From Botryllus schlosseri (Eukaryota), in the NCBI GenBank assembly GCA_051294905.1, contig CM119381.1, positions 19,406,001 through 19,470,000 of the forward strand: a stretch of DNA of 64,000 nucleotides. The letters run 5' to 3'. The stretch's first letter is position 1. Every line of letters starts with the position of its first letter. The notes below the pieces were generated by a model, which was given only the letters and a program-made list of their open reading frames with translations, had not been told where the DNA came from and did no database searches. The position numbers and the translations under genes are program-made. This document shows positions 1 through 11,948 of the stretch, in pieces.

Positions 1-35
1 TTCTCGCTAAAGACATCGAAAAGAAAACAGCAACC

Positions 36-1781
36 ATGGCGGATAGAACTGTTAAAAACATTCAACATGACTCAAGTGATGACTATGTTGTTTTAGCATC
101 TTCTTCATCTTCAAAAGAGGGTGATAGTTTGAGTTCAAGTTCTGATTATGATGCTGATGTTGGTCTTGGCACCTCGACAGCCATTAAGCTGATGGCACCT
201 AAAAATATTATGAATAATACCCATGTGTCCCAAGCTCTGGATCGATTGCAAATAACAGACAACAAGGCAACAATGCTGATCGGAGCATTTATTACGGCTT
301 GTGGCGGTGACATAGCAATGTTCTCTCTGTCAAGATCTTCGACAAAGAGAGCCAGGGAAACAAATCGTCTTGAAATTTCCAAGGATATTTCAGAAAAATT
401 TGCAGAAAATAAACCTCAACATGTTGCTATTCATTGGGATGGAAAGCTCACAGAGGATAGATTAGGAAATCGGTATGAGGCTCTGTCAATTGTCCTATCT
501 TGTCATCCTCAATACTCAGAAGGAAAACTACTTGGCATTCAAAAGATGCAAAATGCTGCAGGTCAGACGCAAGCAGAAACCACTTTCAACATAATTGAAA
601 GTTGGAATATAAAAGATGCTGTAACAGCTTTGGTTTTTGACACTACAGCAAGCAACAGCGGCTGGAAGAAGGGTGCGGCAAAGATTCTTGAAGACCTTCT
701 AGGAAGGAAGGTGTTCTACCATGCATGTCGGCACCATGTGTATGAGCTGGTAGTGAAAGACGTTTGGAAATCTTTATTTGGAAAGGCCACAACTGGACCA
801 GAGAATGCATGGTTTGCCCACCTTAAAAGGAACTGGAGCAGTCTTGACAGGGAACAGCAATTCAAGACTCTGACTATTCCTCTATGTTTTGCTGAACGAG
901 CTGCAATGATAGTTGATAAGTTCAAGCTACTGTTGAACAGAAAAGATTTTTTCACACGGGATGACTACAAGCAATGTGTGACTAATGCTCTTGCTCTTCT
1001 CGGTGCAGATGAAGATATACGTCATCACAAACCTGGTGCAGCACACCATGCGAGATGGATGGGTACAATTCTGTATGCTCAAAAGATGTTCATGTGGGCC
1101 GACCAATTAGATTACAAATCTGAAGAAGTTGAACTGCTGCGCCGCTTCAATTTATTTTTGGTTCTCTTTTATATCCCTGCGTGGGTGGATTCAAGCATTG
1201 GTCGTGATGCAGCTGGTAATGACTTGAGATTCGTTCAGCACATGTTGAGTTATAAGGAATATGATGAGCAAGTTTCCACAGCTGCTTCACGAAAGCTTTT
1301 GAAGCACGACTGGTATATTGTTGAGGAAACCGCTGTATACGCCTTGTTTTCACCGACGGAAAGCAAGGAAACCCGGGAAAATATGGCAAAGGCGCTCCTG
1401 CAAGTAGAGCGAACTTCCAGTTTCAGAAGGGGCCCACCCTCATTGAATGCAACTATACAGATCAACAAGGACAGTACGTTGTCTGACCTTATTGGGCCCC
1501 AGTCGTGGTACATATTTGAAGTTTTTGAATGCTCTGGGGATTGGCTGCGTCAACCGGTTGATGATTGGCACTTTTCAGATTCATTCAATAAAATGAATTG
1601 CTACGTTAGTTCTGTCAAAGTCGTTAATGATGCCGCAGAAAGAGGTGTCAAGCTAAGCACAGACTATGCTGCAATCTTGACTGACAATGAACAGCAAAGA
1701 GACAGTTTGCTTCAAGCTGTGGAACAGCATAGGAAGATTTTTGGAGACAGCAGGAAGTCTACTCTTATCAAAGGCCAGTGA
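36..1781 (+). CDS. hAT-superfamily (hATm-like) DDE transposase, apparently intact; frame is open from base 3, so the true start may lie outside the window
   Basis: 581-aa uninterrupted ORF. Candidate catalytic D in HWDGK, D in VFDTTASNSG, a CxxH motif (ACRHH) and E in NDAAERGVK match the hAT DDE layout. A possible right terminus is ...GCATGCATCTA at about 2015 (TAG- on the reverse strand); the left end is not in the window, so no TIR/TSD test is possible. Confidence 0.75.
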   Translation: MADRTVKNIQHDSSDDYVVLASSSSSKEGDSLSSSSDYDADVGLGTSTAIKLMAPKNIMNNTHVSQALDRLQITDNKATMLIGAFITACGGDIAMFSLSRSSTKRARETNRLEISKDISEKFAENKPQHVAIHWDGKLTEDRLGNRYEALSIVLSCHPQYSEGKLLGIQKMQNAAGQTQAETTFNIIESWNIKDAVTALVFDTTASNSGWKKGAAKILEDLLGRKVFYHACRHHVYELVVKDVWKSLFGKATTGPENAWFAHLKRNWSSLDREQQFKTLTIPLCFAERAAMIVDKFKLLLNRKDFFTRDDYKQCVTNALALLGADEDIRHHKPGAAHHARWMGTILYAQKMFMWADQLDYKSEEVELLRRFNLFLVLFYIPAWVDSSIGRDAAGNDLRFVQHMLSYKEYDEQVSTAASRKLLKHDWYIVEETAVYALFSPTESKETRENMAKALLQVERTSSFRRGPPSLNATIQINKDSTLSDLIGPQSWYIFEVFECSGDWLRQPVDDWHFSDSFNKMNCYVSSVKVVNDAAERGVKLSTDYAAILTDNEQQRDSLLQAVEQHRKIFGDSRKSTLIKGQ

Positions 1782-2522
1782 TCTGCAACACTGACCCTGC
1801 GATATACTTTTTAATGATGCCTTTTGTAAATAGCATTTTTGCCTTTGTTAAATCTTGAATAAAAAGTGTAATATGCGTTCGTTTTAGAGAGAGACGTCGA
1901 CTTACCATAACAAGCCATAAGGAGAAATTGACTACTGGTTTGCAATTTATGAGTTACAGTCGTTGTCAACTGGTATGTTTTAGAAGGCTCGAAGGTAGCA
2001 CGATGCATGCATCTAGTTCATTCTTATCTTAATTGGCCAAGCTCCTGTGCAAGAAGTAACAAAACTGTTATACACAGTGTTCAGGTAGAAAATATATTAC
2101 TGGATCGTTATGCTGTTGTCGATGGCAGCATTAACAACGTCAATTTACCATATCGCCAATGCCACGAACAGAAATGGCTGCAAACCAACACAACAGAGTA
2201 GAACGAAATCGTGACCAGCAATGATCACAAAATCAGTATTTCAGCCAATCAGTAGCTTATTATTACAGGTTCCAACCAATCAAAATTCTAGGTTCGTGAT
2301 TGCCCGCCCACTTCATCGATTCCCCGCCCACATGCAGACGGCTACTTTCAAACGCTTTGTAAGAAATCTTAACGACGTTCCTGAGAGCTTCTTTCAGGCT
2401 TGTTGATGTTTTTAATCAATAATCTATAGAATAAGACATTACAACGCAGCATTTTCGAAATTTTTCAAATTTTGGACAACCCTAATGTTGACGCATGCAT
2501 GCTTGCTTTCATATGATTTCAC

Positions 2523-5500
2523 CTTCGTGGCTTTGGGTTGGCTTCGACGTTTTCGCGTGGAGCCCGGCGTCGGTTCCTTGCCGAAATCTATCTTCTCCTT
2601 CGCGGCGACTCCCATTGATTTCAAGGCATCGGCGAAGTATTTTCTCATCAGTTTGTAGTCGGGTTTTTCATCGTACTGCAGATTTGAGACGTATTGCAGA
2701 AACTTTTCAAATTCCACAGCTGAAACGAGCGTATGTCTCGTCATTCAGTTTATGATTTCATTGTTTTAAAACACAAGATTGCGATAAAATAAGGCTTGTC
2801 ATACAGATATTAATAAAAAGAAAATGTAAATAATAAATGAGGCGTGCAGACTGAATGACAAGTAACACAGGATAACATGAAAGGGATGGACAAGCAATGA
2901 AAATGCAGTGGCATGTGTCAGATGGCTAATTTCATGTCGGATTAGGAACAGGCAATATTAAACGCAGACTAGTGTTCACTCCGTAGAATCTGTTGTATGT
3001 CATCTTGAACATGAACATGCCGGCAAACTGTTCCATGGTCAAGCTTTCCTGTTATTTGTCATGAACACATGGCAATTGGACGAGGGCACACGTGTGTTAT
3101 GGAAGGGTGGTCGCCATGGAATTGATGTCGATTTCTAGATTCCCCATATCGTTAATGTTTAGGACGCCAAATGTTTCACGTAGGGAATTGTTGGTTGCAT
3201 ACTGTCATCGCAATCGATTATTTCCTTGCATGGCCAATGCAATAACTAGGCCGATTTTCTTTTCACATGTCAAAATTATAGTGTTAGGTCAAAAATTGTA
3301 GCTTTAGGTCAAAAATTGTCAAAATTGTTTACAAATCCAATATTTATATGAGCAATACGTTTCGTTTGAATCGTAGATTTTTCACTGTCGGTGAACTTAT
3401 CGTTTGATATTTTACAGCTTGCAGCCTACTTTATAGGCCTACCGTGGTAGACGGCCCATTGTCAGCTCATTGTGAATCATAAACGGTCAAATGAAACAAC
3501 TAGGTTGACATGTTGCTATGGTCAACGTACCGCAATATCCTAACCGAAGCAAGACTGCTTGGGCATTGCATGGTTCTTATATCAAGAAGCGCATGATGAA
3601 AAATTGTGATGTAGACAACATTGTCAGAATGAAGCGACACGGTGTGTCACCAACAGTGTACGCACAATTTCAGTGTTGTCAGCCAACAACCGTTGATGTT
3701 GAACGTTCTTTTTCCATTCTTGGCAAGCTGCTTAGTAAGGACAGACACTACCCGAGAATGCAGGAAAGTATCTTTTGTTGTACTACAACAAATTCTAATC
3801 ATTTCTACCAAAATATGTGATGTAACTACTGGAATTCTTCATAGGGCCAGATTTCGTTGAAATACAAGTTTTTTCATGTGAAAATTCGTCAGTTTTCAAG
3901 TAAAAAACGTTAGACAGACAGTTCCAACCAGAAATGAAGATAGGTAGTACAATTTTAACATTATGTGCGAAAACACCTGATTTGCATACGTGAGATCAGA
4001 ATTAGGTTTTTTTAGGTAAAAAAAAGTCAAAATTTATTTAAAAGTAATAACATAAAGCGATTATGATGACTTCCACTCGATTTACCGGCATGGTTTACCT
4101 GCCAAAATAAACAAGGAAATTTTGAGCAAATGAACCACAGAACTAGATAATATGTGCACTTCGCAATTGCACGTTGCCAATGCTGAAGGAGCAATAAAAG
4201 TGTCAAAATTACAATTGTTTAATTTCTAACAATACTATACAGCAGTGGTTCTCAACTGCTGGCCATCGTCAACTTTTATGCAGATTCGGCAGATATATTA
4301 CAATTTTATATCTCAATTGCGAAATGCAAGCTGTTGAAGGCTTATCCGATTATCAATGAGGTAAAGTAACAAATTTTAAAGAGATTACAGCTTCGCCAGT
4401 TTGCCGCTTTGTGACATACCGCAACATACAGTTCATTGGCTACCTTGAACTTTATCCGGTAAAGATTATCATATGTCAGCAAAAACTGAAAGAAACTATA
4501 TCACACTCCAGTGATTTTGATTTAAATTTTGCAATTGACCAAACACTGGAATCCAAGCCTCAAATCTGTAGAGATAAGAAATCCACACCTTTACTGGAGG
4601 TAGCCTCTGGATATACGCTGGCGACAAACTTCTTCACATCCGCCATATGCTTCATCTTTTGGTCCTTAACATAATTCTTATCCGTCAGTTTATTCTCCCA
4701 TGGCAGTGATCCGGACACCCAATGGAGCAGTACGTATCCCAAAATTTCTAAATCAGAACGCCGAGATGGTGCTGCGAGAAAGCAAATTAAATTTTAGCAC
4801 ATCTCCAAAATGAAATATTGGAATCGGCAGTGACTGACCTACACCCTTATGAGCATCTCTGCTTGTGTATTCGATGGTACCGTCGTGCGCCTTTCTTGGA
4901 TCTTCCTTATATTCTTTATGTTTTCCGTCTACCAGATAGCGGTATGCAAGACCAAAATCCACCAGATATATCTTGATGAATTTGGACTTGAAATTGATTG
5001 TCATTCCAGTATTTGTTGTCACATACCTGGCTCGGATCACTGTGACCCAATAAGACATTTCCGCCTTTCACATCGGCGTGGACATATTCATTGTCGTGCA
5101 TATATTCAAGAGAATTGATCTGTGCATAGAAAAGAAGGGTTTCATAAGCCATGGACAGCCTACTGGAGTAATTCTACAGATGTGCTAAGAACACCAGTCC
5201 CACGTTGGTAAAAGTACAAATGAATGTCAATGTCAGTAATGAACAGTGTTGGTCAGAGTAGTCATTGATGTTACTAAATAATGGCAGAAATAATATCGCA
5301 AAGTAGAATGATATGACATGCAGGGAGTACTTGAAGTATAAGCCAAAAAGTTCTGAAAAGTACTCAAGTAGCTTGGGACAGCATGACACAGACCTTCTTA
5401 AGTCAATCGCCAGTGATAGTTTTTAAAAGTACTGCAATCATGTCGCGATTAAATGTAGAATGAATGTTTGGCAACATAAATAGATGTATTTTTTGAATTA

Positions 5501-7007
5501 TATTGACAAGTCAATAATACCTACTGTACTACTCCAAAATGATGGAAGTGTGTCTTTACTGACCTATTCTGGTAATAGTACTTCTGTTTTAACAAAGAGT
5601 ACTCGCTCAAATAAGATGTTTCAACAGGTAGGACTATGGAAATATTTGCAGCAGACTGTCCCCAACCCCTAACTCTACTGGCAACTGTAGTGGGAATAGC
5701 ACAACTTCTACAAAGTAATACGCTCCTATTGTGATCACATAGGCATACGAGTATCACCATATCATATTTAAAGTATTGCAAAAGCGGTGTGGGGCAAGAT
5801 GGATACAGAATAAGACTGAAACTACAAAATGAATTTAAATCGACTTGGACTTCAGATATTCGTAACGACAAATTCAGGTTTAACTACCATAATACGATTC
5901 TGATGTGCGCACCTACATTCAAAACGAAAAATTGTTACAAAACATTCACGCCAGACCACAACACTGTGCTTTTTACTAGAGTGGTGCTTACCAGTTGAAT
6001 TGCGAGCTGGCATACTAGCTGCCTACTAAATCTCTTATTTGCTTTTTCCCACAAGTTTTGAAGGTCGCTCCCAAATCGAGGCATCACCATAAATCTGAGG
6101 TCTTCTTGCCCCGTCTTGTGTAAGCCATGGGCAATATAGGCTGGCACGCCAACGTAAGGCAAGCCGGCGCGTTTTCTCCATGCATTCACTGTGAGGAATA
6201 CGACCATTCACAGCAATGAAAATATGTGTGACAGGTCTTGTAATCTTACAGATTTCTGCTTTCGCCGCCCGTTGATAAAAAGCAATTTCACAAAACAATG
6301 GTCCATTGCCTACAGGTTCCTGGAAAATTAATTGATATACAATATGAACAGAGTTAATATAAACAGACAACAGCAGCATTGACAGGAAATCAAGCAAATC
6401 AACTTTAAGAAGAAGTCCACCATGATAATGGTTAGTTACCCTGATGTTGAATGACTTATTAAAGTACACAAGTACACATTCACGGAATGCATGTTACAGT
6501 TCTGAAATTTTGAAACAGCATAGGAATTGGGGATGTAAATTCAAGCGATGAGATAAAACAGCGAATATCGGAGCTGTGTATTAATCTGACGTATAAGGAT
6601 AGCGAAAGTTATACCAAATAAATGGGACGGGAGCAAATCAAAACATGCCCTCTTAGATGAAAGAATTTAATCACAAATAATTAGAGACTAGTATGTCTGG
6701 GATTTTGGTACTTACGACTTTGACCACATACTGTGCCTTCTCTTTACTTGCATTTTCTTTACTAGCATCGGCTAAAAAGTAGAGACAAACTCAAGCATGA
6801 AATATGAACATCATAATAGCCTATTCCCATTTGCAGGAGCGCGGCATTACCTAAATATATCAATCCGAATCCACCGGATCCAATAGCCTCGCCGATGACC
6901 CATGTTTTCTTTCTCAAATCCTTCATTTCTGTATGTATTGATACGGCAGCAGCCAGTTGATGGCCTCCGGCTGCTTTGGCACCTTTTTTGTTACGCTTTG
7001 GTGGCAT
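2523..7007 (-). CDS. VRK1: Vaccinia-related Ser/Thr kinase; exons 7007-6851, 6771-6716, 6319-6250, 6188-5992, 5119-5027, 4971-4839, 4771-4589, 2719-2523; terminal exon not resolved
   Basis: Joined exons are phase-compatible at GT-AG junctions and give [64 protein letters not shown] and [11 protein letters not shown], which are VRK-family kinase motifs. The exon 7 donor could be 4589 or 4595. Confidence 0.9.
3518..3820 (+). pseudogene. Degenerate hAT-like transposase C-terminal fragment in a VRK1 intron
   Basis: [24 protein letters not shown] resembles the hAT C-terminal P-T/S-x-x-x-ERxFS motif around the last catalytic Glu; no upstream domains are present. Confidence 0.55.
4243..4400 (+). 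mobile_element. Truncated, diverged left end of the same hAT family as 33217-34199
   Basis: Starts CAGTGGTTCTCAAC and stays alignable by eye with 33217-33370 (atattacaattttata..., gttgaaggctt...). No right TIR found. Confidence 0.6.
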
Positions 7008-7424
7008 TTTGGAACACTATAGGTCACTTTAAAAAGTCTGCGGCAAAGTTCAGAAATTACAAAATGAGTAATTAACACTAGACCGCGCTCATAAAATCTG
7101 ACATGTGAATATGTCAATGCGATACTCTGCAATCCGCACATGTTATAGAATTTCAGAATGCTAACATCAATATTGATGTTTACAATGTCGGAATTCATGC
7201 AGCGTTGCAGCACAGTGGTCTAGCTGCAGTTAAAATGTCGCAATAGTGAAGAAATTGGAAAAATTACATTTTGCATGAATCATTAGAAGGGTAAACATCA
7301 ATGAAGCTATTGAATATATAATACTTGAAATATTCATTATTATTGCACAAAACTTTCAATTAAAGGATCAAAACACCAATGAGATTCTATAAGTACCACA
7401 ACTTAAATTTGTAGTCCACAATTT

Positions 7425-8300
7425 TCACAATGCACTTTTGCCAGCTAGTTGCCAATGCTCATCGTCGGAGGATGTAGCTCTGCCTTCCCTTTTTAACTTG
7501 GAAAGATGGTTATTCACATTCACAGCGGCAGGAGGATACAAATGCTCCGGAATCTGATAGATCTTCTTCACAATATCTAGTGCAGTCATTGGTCGACCGG
7601 AATTCCCGAGGGCATCGATAATCTGAGATTCACGTTCGTTTCGATGGTTTATATAGTAAGTTATGCCATGGACTGGATTATCAATTACAGGGCCGTGTCC
7701 TGGGTAAATCTTATCCGGCTTTAAGCTCAGCAGGATTTTGAGTGAATTCATGTACTCGTAGAGATCTTCGAATACAGCAGTGCCTTCTCCCAATACACAA
7801 TCCCCAGAAAACAAAGCGCTGTCTTCAAGCAAATGCAGGGCGATATGATCATCGGTATGTCCTGGAGTATACACAGCTTTTAATGTAGCTCCCTCTGTAC
7901 TTATCGTCTGGTTGTCATTGACAAAGGTGTATTTCGAATTGGAATTTGGAGGCCTTTCCGTATCCCAATCTTTAGCCGAACGTTTGTACTTGTATAAAGG
8001 TACTCTGTAACTCGGTCCGAGTATGTTTGATTCAATATTGGCTATGCCGCCAACATGATCGTGATGGTAATGGGTTAAAATGATTCCTTCTATCTGTACA
8101 TCGTTCTCCTTGAGGACAGACTTGAGATTTGCAATGTATTCGGGTATTTCCGAGTCTCCAGTATCTACGAGTATGCGCTTCTTTCCAGTTCCAACCAGAT
8201 ATGTATTTGTACCTTGCAGGGTCATTGGAGAAGGGTTACATCCGAGAATGCGAATAACACGACTCGAAAGCCTTTCAATGCGAGGTATAATCGTGGACAT
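7425..8300 (-). CDS. LACTB2: Metallo-beta-lactamase-fold endoribonuclease LACTB2, single exon (likely start ATG at 8300)
   Basis: RILGCNPSPMTLQGTNTYLVGTG, THYHHDH (HxHxDH), TPGHTDDH, LFSGDCVLGEGT and IYPGHGP motifs. MSTIIPRIERLS at 8300 matches the usual LACTB2 N-terminus position. Confidence 0.93.
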   Translation of the reverse strand: MSTIIPRIERLSSRVIRILGCNPSPMTLQGTNTYLVGTGKKRILVDTGDSEIPEYIANLKSVLKENDVQIEGIILTHYHHDHVGGIANIESNILGPSYRVPLYKYKRSAKDWDTERPPNSNSKYTFVNDNQTISTEGATLKAVYTPGHTDDHIALHLLEDSALFSGDCVLGEGTAVFEDLYEYMNSLKILLSLKPDKIYPGHGPVIDNPVHGITYYINHRNERESQIIDALGNSGRPMTALDIVKKIYQIPEHLYPPAAVNVNNHLSKLKREGRATSSDDEHWQLAGKSAL

Positions 8301-8629
8301 TATTATGTTAACAGAGTTGTACAAGACTGACAATAGTATAAAAGTATATGTGTAATTAATACATTGTTATATGTAATACATTCACAGCAAATATTCAATA
8401 TTTCTAGGTTAGTCCTCATCGGGAAGTAGGCTACTGAGTGGTCTTGTGAAATAGGACATGAGTGAAACACTATTGTAAAAACATGATAAAATCACCTTTT
8501 CACAAAGGTCTCGACTGTTGACACCACAAAAACACAAATGGATGCTAAGTTCAAGAAACTGGAACAACAAATGTTTTCCAATTACATAATGGCCCGCATT
8601 TGCATCTACTTTATTGGCATCGGCTAGAA

Positions 8630-8879
8630 CAGTGGTTTCCAACCTTTTTTAGACACGTCCCCCTTTATGATAGTGAAATCCAAGCGGGATGCTAGCAACT
8701 CCAACAGATTTTTTGATGGTGTGGAAGGTTACAACCGTTGATGAGAGAATTAAAAAAATATGAAACTCGGTGTATAAGTATATATAGAGAAACACGCGTG
8801 AATTGGAGATAAATAGCGCAAAGCACGAAAATTATTTTCAGTTGACCGCTTCTTCGCGCTCCCCAGTTGGGAAACACTG
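8630..8879. mobile_element. hAT-type MITE, 250 bp
   Basis: Imperfect TIRs CAGTGGTTTCCAAC / GTTGGGAAACACTG; perfect 8-bp TSD GGCTAGAA at 8622-8629 and 8880-8887. Confidence 0.85.
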
Positions 8880-9334
8880 GGCTAGAAGATAAAAACAAAC
8901 GTAGACATGAACATCAACTTTTATTACATATCACTGAAGTCATCATGATGAACGACCACCATATTCAAAATATTTATAGATTATATTACTTTGAAGAATC
9001 AGAACTGCAACTGCAAGTATACATTCTTGCTCTTGTTTGTAGGGTGACTTCTACACATTGCGAATAGATCTCTTTGACCACCGATATACAGTATTCAACA
9101 ATGCCACATGAAAAGAAATTAGGTTACCCTTGTACATGTCTACACATCATCGGGGTCAACACCGTTATCTTTACTCTTTGATACTATATAATCTAAATTG
9201 TGTGTGGTACGTGTATGAGCATTGAGCACTGATTGATGCTAGAGGATTCCAGATATAGGCTCAAAGAAGGTGTATTGGGGTCCGCTCTCTCCAAGGCATA
9301 GCAAATGGCATGTTCTTAACGAGAGGTGGTCACA

Positions 9335-9930
9335 AATGAAGTACCGTACTTCTACTTTTTGAAGTAATGCAGGTAGATTTTGCCTACTCGAACTTCATGA
9401 CCACTTGAGGAAGTCTGAAGTGGTCATGAATTTTGACTACTTGTACTTAACAGTTTTCATTTTTTGGGGGCAAAACTCGATAGGGCCGGTGCTCTTACTT
9501 TGCAAATGTGCAAGAAAGTTTTCAAATGGGAAAGGATGACAGGGCGGGGTCATCAGCCCCCCCCCCAGTTGGGGGAGCGACACATGGACTGACGTCAGTC
9601 AAATTGGTGAGGGGGGACATGTTGCATCAACTAGCTGACATCTGTTTTGCATGAATATCTGGATTTGGATTTTGCCATATTCGTGGGGGAGAACTTATCT
9701 GAGTATTGATTAACAGGGGCCAGGGGGGCTGATGAGCGATGACCCATCCTGTAGTGAGTTTTGACCGTTTGCAAAGTGAAATCAATCCTTGCTCATTTGC
9801 AAAGTAAGAGCACCAACCCTCGCAAAACTAAGCCTAGAATACCGTACCTATTTTTATAGGCTACTTGTAAACTACTTTTACTCGAGTAGATATTTATGGC
9901 GTTGCTTCTACTTCTACTTCGAGTACCGAC
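9335..9930. repeat. Dispersed repeat family rich in TACTTCTACT/AGTAGAAGT/ACTCGAGT motifs; related patches near 5330-5370, 43430-43510, 47000-47050, 55790-55880, 62260-62290 and 63250-63290
   Basis: The same short motifs recur in clusters at these positions. Boundaries are approximate; probably decayed non-autonomous DNA elements. Confidence 0.45.
9478..9821. mobile_element. MITE with about 33-bp TIRs inserted into an AGTAGAAGT/ACTCGAGT-type repeat
   Basis: AGGGCCGGTGCTCTTACTTTGCAAATGTGCAAG (from 9482) is inverted at CTTGCTCATTTGCAAAGTAAGAGCACCAACCCT (to 9820). An 8-bp direct repeat GCAAAACT flanks it at 9470-9477 and 9822-9829; the terminal bases are imperfect. Confidence 0.65.
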
Positions 9931-11123
9931 AGTGACTACGTCTGTTCCTAAAGCCTGAACTAAAGCTGGTCAACAGAGGTATAACATTGTAGATTAGTGA
10001 CTGCGAAACACTTCTCGATACATAGTCTAAGTCGGTATTGAAATGACAAATATCATTCACATTTCACAGCAAACAGGATTGAAATTAGGCCAAATTATAA
10101 CAGTGTATATCGTACAACATGTATATAGCATAGATAGATCTTGAAGTACGGAATTTGAATTTGGAATGAATGATCATCATAGTAAATTAATCAAATTTGC
10201 ATTTGGAATATTCAAAAAAAACTAAAATTTCGATTTGGGAATCACAGCATGCACAAGCGTTTGCAATTTGGAAGAGAAAGACAGATTTGAATTTTGTGAA
10301 CGGACTGCCCTGCACGTACGGTACTGACGTACCGACTGCCCTTATTGTGCACTTGAATGAACCGGGTAATTCAGTACCATAGGCTATACCAGACCGGGTA
10401 GAAATAAAAAATCGACATTACATATATGCTAAATTATGATTCAACAACGCTATTGATGTAAACGCCGAGCAGGGAGAAATAATATCATCTCATAATAATA
10501 TAAAATATCCGCAGCCATTACTCAACTAGTGATCCTGCGCCACCACACCAAGCAAAATCCCCAAAGTTGCCAAACACCGAAATGTCCGAAATATATTGAC
10601 ATTGGCGCCTGGTATTCGGTCAAGCGTTAATTTTCTGAAAATATTACGGCTCGGCTGTGTCCGGTACCAACCGGATCTCAATGCCGGTTAAATATCATGA
10701 AAAAATCCCCATGGATTTCATCTAGTTATTCTTCAACTATGTACTGTACACTGTACAGTTTGGTTTAAGTTCAATAATTGACGAATTTATCATACATTCG
10801 ACGTAGAAGCCATGCACGTTACTTCTTGTGCATGGGTTACCAAGGCGATGAAGTAAATCGATATATGTAGAGAGGTACTTCCCCGATTTTGAGCCGCAGT
10901 TCGGCTGAAGATAAAAACGATAGATCGAAACAGTCCGACATTGTTGCTGTGTTGCAGACTTTAGCGCGAGGAGTTATGCTGATTGTGGAAATATATCAGA
11001 TACGTTTGATAGAATGAATGGATGTAGCTAGAACGTGAATATAATCGATGTATGATTTGAGGACGAGTAGTACACGTCAGATTCCGTGAGCATGATCATC
11101 CTGATCCAGGTCGTGAGTCAAAG

Positions 11124-11865
11124 GTATGTAAATTTGCGGGCAGGTCTTCGTTTGTTCCCAAACATTATTCACTGACCCTGGACTTGAGTTAAGTTAGGTT
11201 ACGTTACGGGATTAGGGCAAGTGTTCGGTTAACTTGGTAACGGTCCGCAGAGTGAAATAGGTGGCAAGTGGCAATGTCACGTGAAGCTTTCCTTTTTTTT
11301 TATTATATACGGTACTCAATTATTCTATGCAAGGAACCCTTCTATCACACGCAACTTGATACCGAAAACATCCACTGTTTTGTTTGTCTGGTGAAGATTC
11401 GGGGACTGAGAGGCTATGTGTAATTTTAATTCTAAGTGAATCATCAACATTAATTTGTAATTGTAACTCCATCGTCCTATATTACAATCAAATCACAATC
11501 TAGTGCCGCAATCAATATAGAACAACGTCAAAAAGTCTCTGTTTCCATCTTGAAATAGCCAATTTTATTGTGTTCAAATGCCAGAGAATTCCAAATTATA
11601 CTATACAAATGAAATCTCAAATGAAAACGCATTATGGATATGCATTAAGGATTGATTGGAAAGCATCAATGAAAAATGCTAACATTGGCTCTTGTTTATA
11701 GCAGCAATCTATAAAGATACAAAAGTTAGGCCATAACCTATGGCAGGCTATATTAAACTGGTGTCATATTTTTGCAAAACTAGTTTTGCACGCCTTGTCA
11801 TCCTTATTTTCGATTTCCAATAACATTATATTGGTTTAATAATATAATGTACACTTCAATTTCAG
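11124..11865 (+). other. Putative 5'-UTR intron of the AKNA-like gene
   Basis: Donor AAG|GTATGT at 11124 and acceptor TTCAATTTCAG at 11865, 83 nt upstream of the ATG at 11949. Confidence 0.45.
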
Positions 11866-11948
11866 ATATGTTGTTAGTCTAGTATTACACCATTAGGATT
11901 TAATAATAGGGCTGCCTAGCTAAGAATCACTTCACAATACTTTCCGCC

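Noticed and set aside
2100-2400. Candidate VRK1 terminal exons (ERR* near 2380; PFLFVALAIW* near 2178)
   Set aside because: Both are possible in phase 0, but neither resembles a VRK C-terminus; the real exon may lie left of the window.
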